NCBI GenBank assembly: GCA_944387385.1
Contig: CALXES010000003.1
Location: 66,399 to 130,398 of the forward strand
Direction of reading: 5' to 3'
Length of the DNA: 64,000 nt
Origin: an uncultured Clostridia bacterium
GTDB lineage: Bacteria; Bacillota; Clostridia; TANB77; CAG-465
Shown here: positions 50,315-60,674 of the stretch, piece after piece
Numbering within the stretch: the stretch's first letter is position 1
Layout of the letters: the number at the start of each line of letters is the position of its first letter
Made by a program: the position numbers and the translations under genes
Notes under the pieces: generated by a model
Seen by the model: the letters and a program-made list of their open reading frames with translations, nothing else
The model's database searches: none
What the model was told of the DNA's origin: nothing

Positions 50315-50443
50315 AAACTATTTTTTGCTACTTCTACATTATAACAATAAGAGATTAATAAGTCAATATTTTTTATTACTTTTTTAATAATTAAAGTATA
50401 TTATTTTAATTAGCTAATAAAATAATATTAAAGGAGTTAAAAC

Positions 50444-50902
50444 ATGTCAAAATTTAGAATTTATTTAATTTCAGCTCTCATTCCCATTGTATTAGGAGGA
50501 ATCGTTGGATTTATTATATCCGGTTATATGGACTATAATACTTTAAATAAGCCTGCACTCTCTCCGCCTGGCATTATTTTTCCTATTGTATGGACTATTT
50601 TATATTTTTTAATGGGAATTTCATATGCAACAATAATTATATATTCAAATATTGATGAAAAAACAAATAAAATCTACTTTTCACAACTTATAATAAATTT
50701 GCTCTGGTCAATTATATTCTTTGTTTTTAAAAATAGATTTTTAGCACTTTTATGGATTATCTTATTAGTAATATTAATTATTATCATGATTAAGAGATTT
50801 TATGAAAAAAATAAATTTGCAGGAATTATACAAATTCCTTACTTGTTATGGACTGTTTTTGCTACATATTTAAATTTATTTATATATATATTAAATAAAT
50901 AA
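50444..50902 (+). CDS. tspO: TspO/MBR family tryptophan-rich sensory protein
   Basis: 152 aa with 5 TM helices; motifs LNKPALSPPG..FPIVWTILY and YLLWTVFATYLN. Confidence 0.8.
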   Translation: MSKFRIYLISALIPIVLGGIVGFIISGYMDYNTLNKPALSPPGIIFPIVWTILYFLMGISYATIIIYSNIDEKTNKIYFSQLIINLLWSIIFFVFKNRFLALLWIILLVILIIIMIKRFYEKNKFAGIIQIPYLLWTVFATYLNLFIYILNK

Positions 50903-50936
50903 AAAACCTATTATTTAAAAATAATAGGTCTTTATT

Positions 50937-51025
50937 TGGCGGAAGAGGTAGGATTCGAACCCACGGTGCCTTTCGACATCACCAGTTTTCAAGACTGGCT
51001 CCTTAAACCACTCGGACACTCTTCC
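50937..51025 (-). tRNA. tRNA-Ser (anticodon TGA), CCA encoded
   Basis: Acceptor GGAAGAG/CTCTTCC, anticodon stem CCAGT/ACTGG with loop CTTGAAA, long variable arm, T-arm GTGGG-TTCGAAT-CCTAC. Confidence 0.9.
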
Positions 51026-51138
51026 ATATGTGATACGTATATTATTATATCACTTTTTTTTTATTTGTCAATATTAAAATCTAAAAAAATAAAAAAACTT
51101 GAAATAGTTATTATTTCAAGCTTTTATTATACTATAAA

Positions 51139-52017
51139 TTACATATCAATATTAAGTAATGATAGTAAACTCTCTAATCCTTCTTCATCATTATATTCAA
51201 TTATTAATCTCTGATGTTTTTTTGTCTGATCAAGTTTTACTTTATAACCAAAATAATCTTTTAATTTATTTTCCAAATTTTGATAATAAACAGACTTTGG
51301 TGGTTTTTTTGTATTTTTCTTTCTATATTTGTCATCTCCATATATTAATTTTTCAACATCTCTTACAGTTAATTTTTTTTCTGCTACTTTTTTTGCAATT
51401 GCTATTTGTTTTTCTTTATCTTCAATAGCAAGTAAAGCTCTTGCTTGTCCTTCTACTAATTCTCCTTTTAAAGTCATATTAAGAATCTCGTCTGGTAGTT
51501 TTAATAATCTTGTTATATTAGAAATTGTAGATAAGCTTTTACCTGTAATTTTAGCTACATCTGTACTTGTATATCCTTCTAAATCCATTAATTCTTTAAT
51601 AGCTTGTGCCACTTCTACAATATTTAAATCTTCTCTTTGTATGTTTTCTATAAGGGCGACTTGTTTCTTTTTATTATCCGTATAATCTTTTATTATTGCT
51701 GGAATCGTTTTCAAACCAGCGGCTTTTGCAGCTCTCCATCTTCTTTCACCTGCAACAATTGTATATCCATTATTATCTTTTACAACAAGTATTGGTTGTA
51801 TAACTCCATTTTCACGTATAGAATCCGTTAATTCTTGTAATTTTTCTTTGTCAAATATTTTTCTAGGTTGATTTAACATAGGCTCAATTTCAGTTATATT
51901 AAGTTCTACAACTTTTTCAAGTACTTTTCCTTCATCTTTTTTAGTTACTTTTTTTATTGTATCATCATTATCATCACCAAAAAAAGCATCTAAACCTCTT
52001 CCTAAACCCTTAGCCAT
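51139..52017 (-). CDS. parB: ParB/Spo0J chromosome partitioning protein with an atypical HTH
   Basis: 292 aa; GLGRGLDAFF, GERRWRAAKAAGL (CTP-binding box), IENIQREDLN. HTH reads GKSLSTISNITRLLKLP. Confidence 0.9.
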   Translation of the reverse strand: MAKGLGRGLDAFFGDDNDDTIKKVTKKDEGKVLEKVVELNITEIEPMLNQPRKIFDKEKLQELTDSIRENGVIQPILVVKDNNGYTIVAGERRWRAAKAAGLKTIPAIIKDYTDNKKKQVALIENIQREDLNIVEVAQAIKELMDLEGYTSTDVAKITGKSLSTISNITRLLKLPDEILNMTLKGELVEGQARALLAIEDKEKQIAIAKKVAEKKLTVRDVEKLIYGDDKYRKKNTKKPPKSVYYQNLENKLKDYFGYKVKLDQTKKHQRLIIEYNDEEGLESLLSLLNIDM

Positions 52018-52018
52018 A

Positions 52019-52789
52019 TTAATCCTCCTTTTCTGTTAATTTTATTAGCTCTTTTGCTAATTTTTTATATGTTTCTGCACCTTTTGATTCACTATCATAT
52101 AGTGTAATTGGCAATCCATGACTTGGTGCCTCACTTAGTCTAATATTTCTTGGAATAATAGTCTGAAATACTTTATTTCCAAAATATTTTTCAACTTCTC
52201 TTGCAACCTGTGTAGATAAGTTTGTCCTAGCATCAAACATTGTAAGAATTACTCCTTCAATAATAAAATCTGGATTTAAATGTTTTTGAACAAGTTTAAT
52301 TGTATTAATAAGTTGTCCTAGCCCTTCAAGTGCATAATACTCGCATTGTATTGGTACAAGTACACTATCAGATGCTGTAAATGCATTTAATGTAATAAGA
52401 CCAAGTGATGGTGGGCAATCAATTAGAATATAGTCATACTCATCTTTTATTTTATCTACTGCATCCTTTAATCTATTTTCTCTTGAAACCATTGAAACAA
52501 GTTCAATTTCAGCTCCTGCCAAATTGATATTTGCAGGACAAACTTCTAATTTTTTTACCATTGTTTTTACAATAGTTTCACTTATATCCATATCATCTAC
52601 AAGTACATTATATACTGATTTATCTGTATGAGCTTCAATTCCTAATCCACTTGTTGCATTTCCCTGTGGATCTATATCTATTAATAATACTCTTTTACCT
52701 TTTTGTGCAAGACATGCACTCAAATTAACTGCAGTTGTTGTTTTGCCTACTCCACCTTTTTGATTAGCTATTGATATTACCCTTGCCAT
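52019..52789 (-). CDS. parA: ParA/Soj ATPase
   Basis: 256 aa; deviant Walker A NQKGGVGKTT; DCPPSLG. Confidence 0.93.
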   Translation of the reverse strand: MARVISIANQKGGVGKTTTAVNLSACLAQKGKRVLLIDIDPQGNATSGLGIEAHTDKSVYNVLVDDMDISETIVKTMVKKLEVCPANINLAGAEIELVSMVSRENRLKDAVDKIKDEYDYILIDCPPSLGLITLNAFTASDSVLVPIQCEYYALEGLGQLINTIKLVQKHLNPDFIIEGVILTMFDARTNLSTQVAREVEKYFGNKVFQTIIPRNIRLSEAPSHGLPITLYDSESKGAETYKKLAKELIKLTEKED

Positions 52790-52941
52790 AATGTCACCTC
52801 ACGGTTATTATATTACATTTAAAGAAAAAATAAAAGAGAAAAGAATAAAATTTATATTTTTTAATAGTCGTAATTTGTCTATAAAAATATTGTACACAAA
52901 AAAATAGAGATGTGTACACAACAATCTCTATTCTAATATTT

Positions 52942-53667
52942 TTATAATGTTTTTTTCTTTATTTGACCATAATTTCTTGGGTATTTAGGAGGTGTACACA
53001 TATTTTTTTGTATAATCAAAATATTTCTATGATAATCTTCATTATTAATTGTGTACACATATTCAAAGCACCTATTTATCTTTAGTTTTAAAACATTTAA
53101 AGCGTTTGTAGATAACTTTATTTCTTCCTGTACACTATCACCTTTCATTATTATAGATTTTCCACCAACTTTTACAAATGGACTAATATATTCTAAAAGT
53201 ATTGGTAATTGTGCTACAGCTCTTGATACAGTTGCATCAAACTTTTCTCTAAATTCTTCTTTTCTTGCTTCTTCTTCTGCTCTTCCATGAACTATGTGTA
53301 CATTCTTTAAATCGAGTTTGTTAGCTACTTCTTGTAAAAAAATTAATCTCTTATTTAAAGCATCTAATAAAGTAAATTCTTTATCTTCATAATATATTGC
53401 AAGTACCATACCTGGAAATCCAGCACCAGTACCAATATCTATTATATTTTTTTCATCTTTAATTACCTTTGTACACATTAAACAATCTACAAAGTGTTTA
53501 ACTATTATTTCATGTTCATCTACTATAGCTGTAAGATTCATTTTTTCATTCCACTCAATTAATAAATCTTTGTACACATTTAATTTTTCTGCATGTTTTT
53601 CTGTAAGTTGTATATCTTGCTTTTCACATTCTTTACATAATAATTCTATAAATTCTTCGCTTTTCAT
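52942..53667 (-). CDS. rsmG: 16S rRNA (guanine527-N7)-methyltransferase
   Basis: 241 aa; WNEKMNLTAI and DIGTGAGFPG SAM motifs; conserved position beside mnmG. Confidence 0.92.
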   Translation of the reverse strand: MKSEEFIELLCKECEKQDIQLTEKHAEKLNVYKDLLIEWNEKMNLTAIVDEHEIIVKHFVDCLMCTKVIKDEKNIIDIGTGAGFPGMVLAIYYEDKEFTLLDALNKRLIFLQEVANKLDLKNVHIVHGRAEEEARKEEFREKFDATVSRAVAQLPILLEYISPFVKVGGKSIIMKGDSVQEEIKLSTNALNVLKLKINRCFEYVYTINNEDYHRNILIIQKNMCTPPKYPRNYGQIKKKTL

Positions 53668-53678
53668 ATGAAAACCTC

Positions 53679-55583
53679 CTACTTATTAATATTATGTTGA
53701 CTTAAGTAAATAAGTAAAACAGATATATCAGCTGGAGATACCCCTGATATTCTTGAGGCTTGACCAACAGATAATGGCTTTTGTTTATTTAGCTTTTGTC
53801 TAGCTTCTAAGCAAAGTCCCTTAATTTCATTATAATCTATATTTGGACTAAGTTTTTTACTTTCTAGCTGTTTAAATTCATCAATTTGTTCTTGCTGAAG
53901 TTTTATATATCCTTCATATTTTATTTGAATTTCTGCTTCTTCTGCAACACTTCTTGGTAAATCTTTTCTTTTCTTATCAATTGGAGCTAGACTTTTATAA
54001 CTTAATTCACTTCTTTTGAGTAAATCAGATAACTTGCATCCTGTACTAAGAGGAGAAGAACCAAGAGATTCTAATAATTCATTAACTTGTGTACTTGGTC
54101 TAATAGGTGTTGCTTTAATTCTTTCTATCTCCATTCTAATTAAATCTTTTTTGTGTACAAATTTTTTATATTTTTCTTCACTAACAAGTCCAACTTTATA
54201 TCCCTTTTCTGTAAGTCTTAAATCTGCATTATCTTGTCTTAAGGCAAGTCTATACTCTGCACGTGAAGTCATCATTCTGTAAGGCTCATTTGTTCCTTTA
54301 GTTACTAAATCATCTATTAAAACACCAATATATGCTTCTGATCTATCAAGTATTAATGGCTCTTTATTATCTATCTTTAAAACAGCATTAATTCCTGCAA
54401 TAATTCCTTGTGCAGCAGCTTCTTCATATCCAGAAGATCCATTTACTTGTCCAGCAAAAAATAATCCATCAATTCCTTTATATTCAAGACTTAGCTTTAA
54501 ATTTGTAGAATCAATACAATCATACTCAATTGCATAAGCTGGTCTCATCATTTTAGCATTTTCAAGTCCTGGAACAGATCTATACATCTGAATTTGAACT
54601 TCTTCTGGAAGAGATGATGACATTCCTTGAATGTACATTTCAGAGGTTTTTTCTCCTAAAGGCTCAATAAATAATTGATGTCTTTTCTTATCTGCAAACC
54701 TAACTACTTTATCTTCAATAGATGGACAATATCTAGGACCTGTAGATTTTAATTTCATATCTTTATTATCTGTATATATTGGAGATCTATCTAAATTAGC
54801 TCGAATTATTTTATGAGTTTCTTCAGTTGTGTACGTTAAATAACAAGATACTTGGTTTTTGTGTACAATTTCTTCTTTTCCTTCATTTTCAAAAGAAAAT
54901 GGTACAATCTCTTTATCTCCAAATTGTTCTTCCATCTTAGAAAAGTCAATAGTTTTAGCATTAATTCTAGCAGGTGTACCAGTTTTAAATCTTCTAAGTT
55001 CTATACCCAAATCTAATAGACTTTGAGATAAGTCATTAGCAGGAAAAACACCATCTGGTCCACTCTCGTAAGACACTTCACCAATAATTACTTTTCCTTT
55101 TAAATATGTACCTGTAGCAACTATAACAGCTTTTGTATTAAAAGTAGCTCCAATCTTTGTCTTTACTCCTACCACTTTGTTATTTTCAACTAATATTTTT
55201 ACAATTTCTGCTTGGTACACATCAAGATTTTCTTGTTCTTCCATTGTTTTTTTCATTTCAATATGGTACATTCTTCTATCTGATTGTACACGTAATGAAT
55301 GCACGGCAGGTCCCTTAGATGTATTAAGCATTTTAGATTGAATAAAAGTTTTATCTGCATTTTTTCCCATTTCTCCACCTAAAGCATCTATTTCTCTTAC
55401 TAAATGACCTTTAGATGTACCTCCTATACTTGGATTACATGGCATATTTGCAAGAGTATCCAAGTTAATAACAAATGCTGCTGTTTTTTTACCCATTCTA
55501 GCAGCTGCTAGTGCTGCTTCACATCCAGCATGTCCAGCTCCTATAACAACTACATCATAATCTCCTAAACAATATTCGCTCAT
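53679..55583 (-). CDS. mnmG: tRNA uridine 5-carboxymethylaminomethyl modification enzyme
   Basis: 634 aa; N-terminal FAD fold [26 protein letters not shown]. Confidence 0.95.
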   Translation of the reverse strand: MSEYCLGDYDVVVIGAGHAGCEAALAAARMGKKTAAFVINLDTLANMPCNPSIGGTSKGHLVREIDALGGEMGKNADKTFIQSKMLNTSKGPAVHSLRVQSDRRMYHIEMKKTMEEQENLDVYQAEIVKILVENNKVVGVKTKIGATFNTKAVIVATGTYLKGKVIIGEVSYESGPDGVFPANDLSQSLLDLGIELRRFKTGTPARINAKTIDFSKMEEQFGDKEIVPFSFENEGKEEIVHKNQVSCYLTYTTEETHKIIRANLDRSPIYTDNKDMKLKSTGPRYCPSIEDKVVRFADKKRHQLFIEPLGEKTSEMYIQGMSSSLPEEVQIQMYRSVPGLENAKMMRPAYAIEYDCIDSTNLKLSLEYKGIDGLFFAGQVNGSSGYEEAAAQGIIAGINAVLKIDNKEPLILDRSEAYIGVLIDDLVTKGTNEPYRMMTSRAEYRLALRQDNADLRLTEKGYKVGLVSEEKYKKFVHKKDLIRMEIERIKATPIRPSTQVNELLESLGSSPLSTGCKLSDLLKRSELSYKSLAPIDKKRKDLPRSVAEEAEIQIKYEGYIKLQQEQIDEFKQLESKKLSPNIDYNEIKGLCLEARQKLNKQKPLSVGQASRISGVSPADISVLLIYLSQHNINK

Positions 55584-55593
55584 CTTATCCTCC

Positions 55594-56967
55594 TTACTTT
55601 CCTAAACAAAACTTTTCAAAAATTTTAGAAATAATATCTTGCGTTACATCTGCACCAATTATTTCTCCTAATGTCTTTGTACACTTTTTAACATATATTG
55701 ATACAATATCTATTGGTTGCCCAAGATTAATTTCATTTTTAGCATCTATTAAGTATTCTATTGATTTTTTTAATAAATCTTTATGTCTTTCATTTGTAAT
55801 TATTAATTCATGTGAATAATCTAAATCTGATACATTAAATAATTTAGTTATCTCATTTTTTAAATTATCTATGCCATCATTTTCTTGTGCTGAAATACAA
55901 ACTGGTTTTTTTATGCCATTTTGTTCTAATTCTTTCAAAATTGTGCTTAAAATCGTTTTTTTAGTCAGATCCATCTTATTTATCACCGGAATATATTTAA
56001 TGCCTTTATTTTCGATTTTAGAAAGAATTTCAAAGTCCTCTTTTGATATTCCTTCCTCTCCATTTATTAAATACAATACTAAATCAACTTCATCTAGAAT
56101 TTTTAAACTTTTTTCTACACCAATTTTTTCTATAATATCATCTGTGTCTCTTATTCCAGCTGTATCTGATATATTTAAAACAATATTTCCAAGATTAATT
56201 GTCTCTTCAACAATATCTCTAGTTGTACCTGGTATATCTGTTACTATAGCTTTTTCATAATTAGCAAGATTATTTAAAAGTGATGACTTACCAACATTTG
56301 GTTTTCCAAGTATTGCAACATTTACTCCATTTTTTATATATTTTCCATGATCGTAAGTATCAAGAATATGTTGAATTTCAGATATTTTTCTATCAAGTAA
56401 GGATATAATACTTGTTGGCTCTACTTCATCATAATCATATTCTGGGTAATCTACACTTACCTCAATATGTGCCATAAGTTCAACTAATTCCTCACGTAAT
56501 GCTTTTATCTTTTTAGATAAATCTCCTTCCATATTTTTAGCTGCAATTCTACTTTCTGTTCTAGTTTTTGCATTTATTAAATTAATAACTGCTTCAGCTT
56601 GAGATAAATCCATTTTTCCATTTAAAAAGGCTCTCTTTGAAAATTCTCCTGGCTCAGCAATAGATGCTCCATTTTCTAAAACAATTTCTAATATATCTTT
56701 TGTAATTTGTGTTCCTCCATGACAGTTAATTTCACATACATCTTCTCCTGTATAAGAATGGGGAGCCTTAAAGTAAGATACTAAAACGTTGTCTATAATT
56801 TCTCCTTTATCTATAATTTTTCCATAAATAATGTGATTTGGCTCTAATTTTGAATTTGATTTAAAAATTTTATTTATTATGTTTAAGCTATCCTTTCCAC
56901 TTATTCTAATAATACTAATACCACTATTAGATAAGGCAGTACCAATAGCAGCAATTGTTGTAGACAT
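55594..56967 (-). CDS. mnmE: tRNA modification GTPase
   Basis: 457 aa; G-domain [12 protein letters not shown] and DTAG; C-terminal CLGK. Confidence 0.95.
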   Translation of the reverse strand: MSTTIAAIGTALSNSGISIIRISGKDSLNIINKIFKSNSKLEPNHIIYGKIIDKGEIIDNVLVSYFKAPHSYTGEDVCEINCHGGTQITKDILEIVLENGASIAEPGEFSKRAFLNGKMDLSQAEAVINLINAKTRTESRIAAKNMEGDLSKKIKALREELVELMAHIEVSVDYPEYDYDEVEPTSIISLLDRKISEIQHILDTYDHGKYIKNGVNVAILGKPNVGKSSLLNNLANYEKAIVTDIPGTTRDIVEETINLGNIVLNISDTAGIRDTDDIIEKIGVEKSLKILDEVDLVLYLINGEEGISKEDFEILSKIENKGIKYIPVINKMDLTKKTILSTILKELEQNGIKKPVCISAQENDGIDNLKNEITKLFNVSDLDYSHELIITNERHKDLLKKSIEYLIDAKNEINLGQPIDIVSIYVKKCTKTLGEIIGADVTQDIISKIFEKFCLGK

Positions 56968-57086
56968 AATTTACCTCCTTTTTACTAAAAAGAACTCAGG
57001 ATGCAAAAATAATGTATATAAATTACTTTTACATCACTGAGTTCTATTTAACTTTCACCTAAATAGAATGGTGATTATATACTTTT

Positions 57087-57239
57087 TTAATCAATTCCAA
57101 GGTCATCTCTTTGAATTGATTGGCCTTTTCCAGAATCATCTTCTGCTTCTTTTTTCAATTTAGCTGTAGGCCAGTTTTCAATAGGATCATTTCTTGATTT
57201 TAAATCCTCTTCAAATTGTTCTTTTTCATTATCTTCCAT
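57087..57239 (-). CDS. small acidic protein (50 aa), not in the ORF track
   Basis: GGGAGG SD 7 nt before ATG 57239. Translation MEDNEKEQFEEDLKSRNDPIENWPTAKLKKEAEDDSGKGQSIQRDDLGID. A terminator-like hairpin follows at ~56990-57050. Confidence 0.45.
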   Translation of the reverse strand: MEDNEKEQFEEDLKSRNDPIENWPTAKLKKEAEDDSGKGQSIQRDDLGID

Positions 57240-57261
57240 ATTCATACCTCCCTAAAAGAAT

Positions 57262-57924
57262 TTATCTATATTGATATTTTCTTTTAATAACAACTCTTCT
57301 TCTAGGCTCTTCACCAATAGATTCAGTTTCTACATCTTTTCTATCAGCTAGTTCTCTATGAATTATTAGTCTTTCATATGCAGACATTGGTTCAAGCTTT
57401 ATTGGTCTTCTAAATTTAACACAATTTGCAGCCATTTTATTTGCTAATTTTCTAAGTTTTGCTTCTTTTTTCTTTTTATAATCATTTATTTCTACAAAAA
57501 CTTTAGCATATTCTTCATCTTCTCTTTGTAATATAGAATTAATAAGAGATTGAAAAGCTTCAATTGTTTTTCCTTTATATCCAATAAGATGAGACATCTT
57601 ATCTCCTGTAATTGTTAAGTTAATTTGATTACCATTTTTTTCAACTGTATAATTAACTTCCTCACCAGTTATTTCAAAGAAATTTTTTAATATTTCTTCT
57701 ACTTTTTCTATAGTCTTATTAGCTTGTTCATCACTTATTTTCTTATCTACAGTTAATCTTACTTTTGCAAGTTTAGCAGATAAAATTCCTAAAACGCCGC
57801 CATTTGATGGTTCTTCAAGGACTTCAATATTTACATCATCTCTTGACACTTTAAGTTCTTCTAAACCTTTTCTTATGGCTTCTTCTACTGTTTTTCCAAT
57901 TTGTTCAGTTACTTTTTTAGTCAT
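57262..57924 (-). CDS. jag: Jag/KhpB RNA-binding protein (KH plus R3H)
   Basis: ~220 aa; C-terminal R3H (LEPMSAYERLIIHREL). Start moved to ATG 57924 behind GAAAGGGTGA. Confidence 0.9.
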   Translation of the reverse strand: MTKKVTEQIGKTVEEAIRKGLEELKVSRDDVNIEVLEEPSNGGVLGILSAKLAKVRLTVDKKISDEQANKTIEKVEEILKNFFEITGEEVNYTVEKNGNQINLTITGDKMSHLIGYKGKTIEAFQSLINSILQREDEEYAKVFVEINDYKKKKEAKLRKLANKMAANCVKFRRPIKLEPMSAYERLIIHRELADRKDVETESIGEEPRRRVVIKRKYQYR

Positions 57925-58801
57925 TATTTTCACCCTTTCCTAGGAATAACACTTTATTTTTTTTTGTTTTTTTATCATTATTTTTAGTTTTATCTTCCAT
58001 TAATTTATCTATAATTAGTTGTTGCCCTATTCCTAAAATACTTCCAAATAGCCAATATATACCTAGTGCAATCGGCCATGCAAATGAAATATATGCAGAA
58101 AGTAATGGCATCATTATACTCATAGATTTTTGCATTTCAGCTTGATCTTCAGACATTGTTTGTTTTGTTTTTCGCATAGATACTTGATTACTAAGTATTG
58201 AAAAAAATAATGTAAGTATTGGAACTAACAGTGTCCATTTACTAACTTTTACTGATTCATCCTTTGAAAAAGCATCTTTTGGCGTATCTCCAAGACTTAT
58301 TTTACTACCAATATTCATATCTAATAAGTTATACTTTTTGGCTATATTTATTTCATAACCTTTTATTTCATTTTCTGTAAGCTCAGAAACATCCTTTTGT
58401 AAATACTCAGCTGTATATGATGCTATCTGCTCTTGATCCATCTGTGCAATGTATGTTAAAGGTTGCTTTACAACAAAAAACATTGCAAGTATTATTGGTA
58501 TTTGAATAATTGGTAATAGACATCCAGCCATAGGGCTAATCTTATTTTCAGCATATAATTTAGTAGTCTCTTCCTGTAACTTTACTGGATTATCCTTATA
58601 TTTTTCTCTAAGTTTATTATACTCTGGTGCAATTTTTTGAATTCCTGCTGTTGATTTAAGCTGTTTAAGCATTAATGGGAATAATAATAACTTTGTTAAA
58701 AAGGTAAATATTAAAAGTGCAATTAAATAATTGTTGCCAACTACGTTGTAGATTACTCTAATAATACTACCTAATAATCCTGAAATAAAGTCAATCATCA
58801 A
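57917..58801 (-). CDS. yidC: YidC/SpoIIIJ membrane protein insertase
   Basis: 294 aa; polytopic; conserved position between yidD and jag; basic C-terminal tail. Confidence 0.9.
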   Translation of the reverse strand: MMIDFISGLLGSIIRVIYNVVGNNYLIALLIFTFLTKLLLFPLMLKQLKSTAGIQKIAPEYNKLREKYKDNPVKLQEETTKLYAENKISPMAGCLLPIIQIPIILAMFFVVKQPLTYIAQMDQEQIASYTAEYLQKDVSELTENEIKGYEINIAKKYNLLDMNIGSKISLGDTPKDAFSKDESVKVSKWTLLVPILTLFFSILSNQVSMRKTKQTMSEDQAEMQKSMSIMMPLLSAYISFAWPIALGIYWLFGSILGIGQQLIIDKLMEDKTKNNDKKTKKNKVLFLGKGENND

Positions 58802-58814
58802 TATCCCCCATTCA

Positions 58815-59057
58815 CTACTTTAGTAAATCCACTCCACCTTTTGAAAATGGATTACATTTAAGTATTCTTTTTATACCTAATAAACTACCTTTGATTATAC
58901 CATATTTGTCAACCGCTTGCCTAGTGTACTCAGAACAAGTCGGATAGTATTTACAGTGACTTTTCATACGTGGTGATATACATAATTGATATAATCTAAT
59001 TATCTTAACTAGTATTTTTCTAGGTATTAACATTATTTTAGTTATCATTTTTTTCAT
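58815..59057 (-). CDS. yidD: membrane protein insertion efficiency factor
   Basis: 80 aa; YQ..ISP....CKYYPTCSEY motif. Confidence 0.88.
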   Translation of the reverse strand: MKKMITKIMLIPRKILVKIIRLYQLCISPRMKSHCKYYPTCSEYTRQAVDKYGIIKGSLLGIKRILKCNPFSKGGVDLLK

Positions 59058-59409
59058 AAAGATCTAACTCCTTAAAACAATTAATTATGTCTTCTTTAAT
59101 TTCCTTAAAATTAACTGTTTCGCCCTTTACATCTTTTTTATATATTATAATATAATTGTGTCCCTTTTTTAAATTTTCTTCTTCATTTCTATATATTTCA
59201 CGTGCCAATCTCTTAAGTCTATTTCTTTGTACACTATTTCCATTTTTTTTAGAAACACATACAGCAAAAAAATTCATATTATTATCTGAATTTTCATAAA
59301 ATTTAGTTATACAAGTATGCACTACGACATACTTTCCTTTAAAATATGAACCTTTTCTAAAAACATATCTAAATACTCTACTATCTTTTATTTTAAGTGT
59401 ATATTTCAT
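59038..59409 (-). CDS. rnpA: ribonuclease P protein component
   Basis: 123 aa; basic; motif VSKKNGNSVQRNRLKRLAREIYR; follows rpmH. Confidence 0.9.
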   Translation of the reverse strand: MKYTLKIKDSRVFRYVFRKGSYFKGKYVVVHTCITKFYENSDNNMNFFAVCVSKKNGNSVQRNRLKRLAREIYRNEEENLKKGHNYIIIYKKDVKGETVNFKEIKEDIINCFKELDLYEKNDN

Positions 59410-59469
59410 ATCTTTTCATCCTTTATAACTAGAAAAAGTGGATATGAAAACATACCCACCTGCAAAATA

Positions 59470-59604
59470 TTAAGCACAAAGTACTTTTCTTCCCTTTGCT
59501 CTTCTTAATTTTAATACTTTTCTTCCTGAAGAAGTTGACATTCTTTTTCTAAAACCGTGTACTTTTTGTCTTTGTCTTGTTTTTGGTTGATATGTTCTTT
59601 TCAT
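59470..59604 (-). CDS. rpmH: 50S ribosomal protein L34 (44 aa), not in the ORF track
   Basis: Translated by hand: [54 protein letters not shown]. Confidence 0.95.
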   Translation of the reverse strand: MKRTYQPKTRQRQKVHGFRKRMSTSSGRKVLKLRRAKGRKVLCA

Positions 59605-60674
59605 TATTACTACACCTCCTAAACAATGTATATATATTAAATAATTTTCAACTCAAAAAAATAAATGCTAATCATTTAGTTAATTAAGCATTCAAACATA
59701 ATATAAGTGAAAATATTATACACTATTATATTTTTTTTGTCAACCCCCTCAAGATCTAAAACTAATTGTAAAACACAACAATTTTCCACAAAAGTTATCC
59801 ACAGTTTTTATGTATACTTGTAAATTACAAATTTGACTATCTTTGACCTTAAAAAATCAAATTTATATGTGGATAACTTAAAAGTGATTACAAATTGTAA
59901 TTAAAAATATGTAAAAAATAAACATAAAAACATAAGTTATCCACAGTTTTTACGTAAACTAAACACTGATAGAAATTATATTAAAAAAAATTTTGCGCAG
60001 TTAAATTTTTAATAAAAAATTTTCACAAAAAAAACTTTAGTAAATTCAGTATTTTCAGTATGTTAAAGGTTTCATAATTTTTTTATTTTTTGTGAAAATA
60101 TTTAAAGTTATCCACAGATTTTATGTATATTTATTTTAAAATTTTTTTATGAAAAATCAAGTTATCCACAATTTTATCCACAAAGGTGTGGATAACTTTT
60201 TTTGCTTTTCGGTGTTTCAAAAAAATTTTGTTGTTTTTTACAACTATTATCCACATGGACAACTTTCTTTAATTTTATATATTTTGAATTAATTTTAATT
60301 TACATATGTAAAAGTTTAAAAAAAACATTAATTTATCTGTATTTTACAAATTTACATAAAAATTGTGGATAACTTATTTTTATTTATAAATTACAAAAAA
60401 AAGAATAGGCTATTTTACTGGGTTTTAAAGTGTTTTCTAGTTAAAATTACAAAAATATTTCAAAAACATTGCCAAAATGTTATTTTTTACAATTTTAAAA
60501 GTTATCCACAGAAAATTGTGGATAACCTGTGGATAACTATGTGATAGAATTGTGAAAATAAATTTTTGTCGAAAAGTTATCCACATGGGGTGTGGATAAC
60601 TACACTACTTATCCACAAAGTTATCCACATTAAATGCACCAGTCAAAGCCTTGAAAAAAGCGGATTTTTAAAAG

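Larger units (their letters stand above)
52891..55685. repeat. dispersed array of TGTACA-core palindromic motifs (best form ATGTGTACACAT)
   Basis: GTACAC or GTGTAC hexamers begin at or within 1-2 nt of 52891, 52911, 52991, 53050, 53129, 53295, 53470, 53571, 54088, 54152, 54828, 54860, 54974, 55214, 55285, 55678. The perfect 10-bp palindrome TGTGTACACA occurs at 52911-52920 and 53050-53059. Confidence 0.6.

Noticed and set aside
49392-51025. Integrated mobile element at the two tRNA-Ser genes
   Set aside because: No integrase, excisionase or tRNA 3'-end direct repeat was found. Only the short GACTGGTA repeats, which are reported as a low-interest finding.
50936-51214. 92-aa plus-strand ORF
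   Set aside because: Its first third is the reverse complement of tRNA-Ser(TGA) (50937..51025), and the rest overlaps the parB 3' end.
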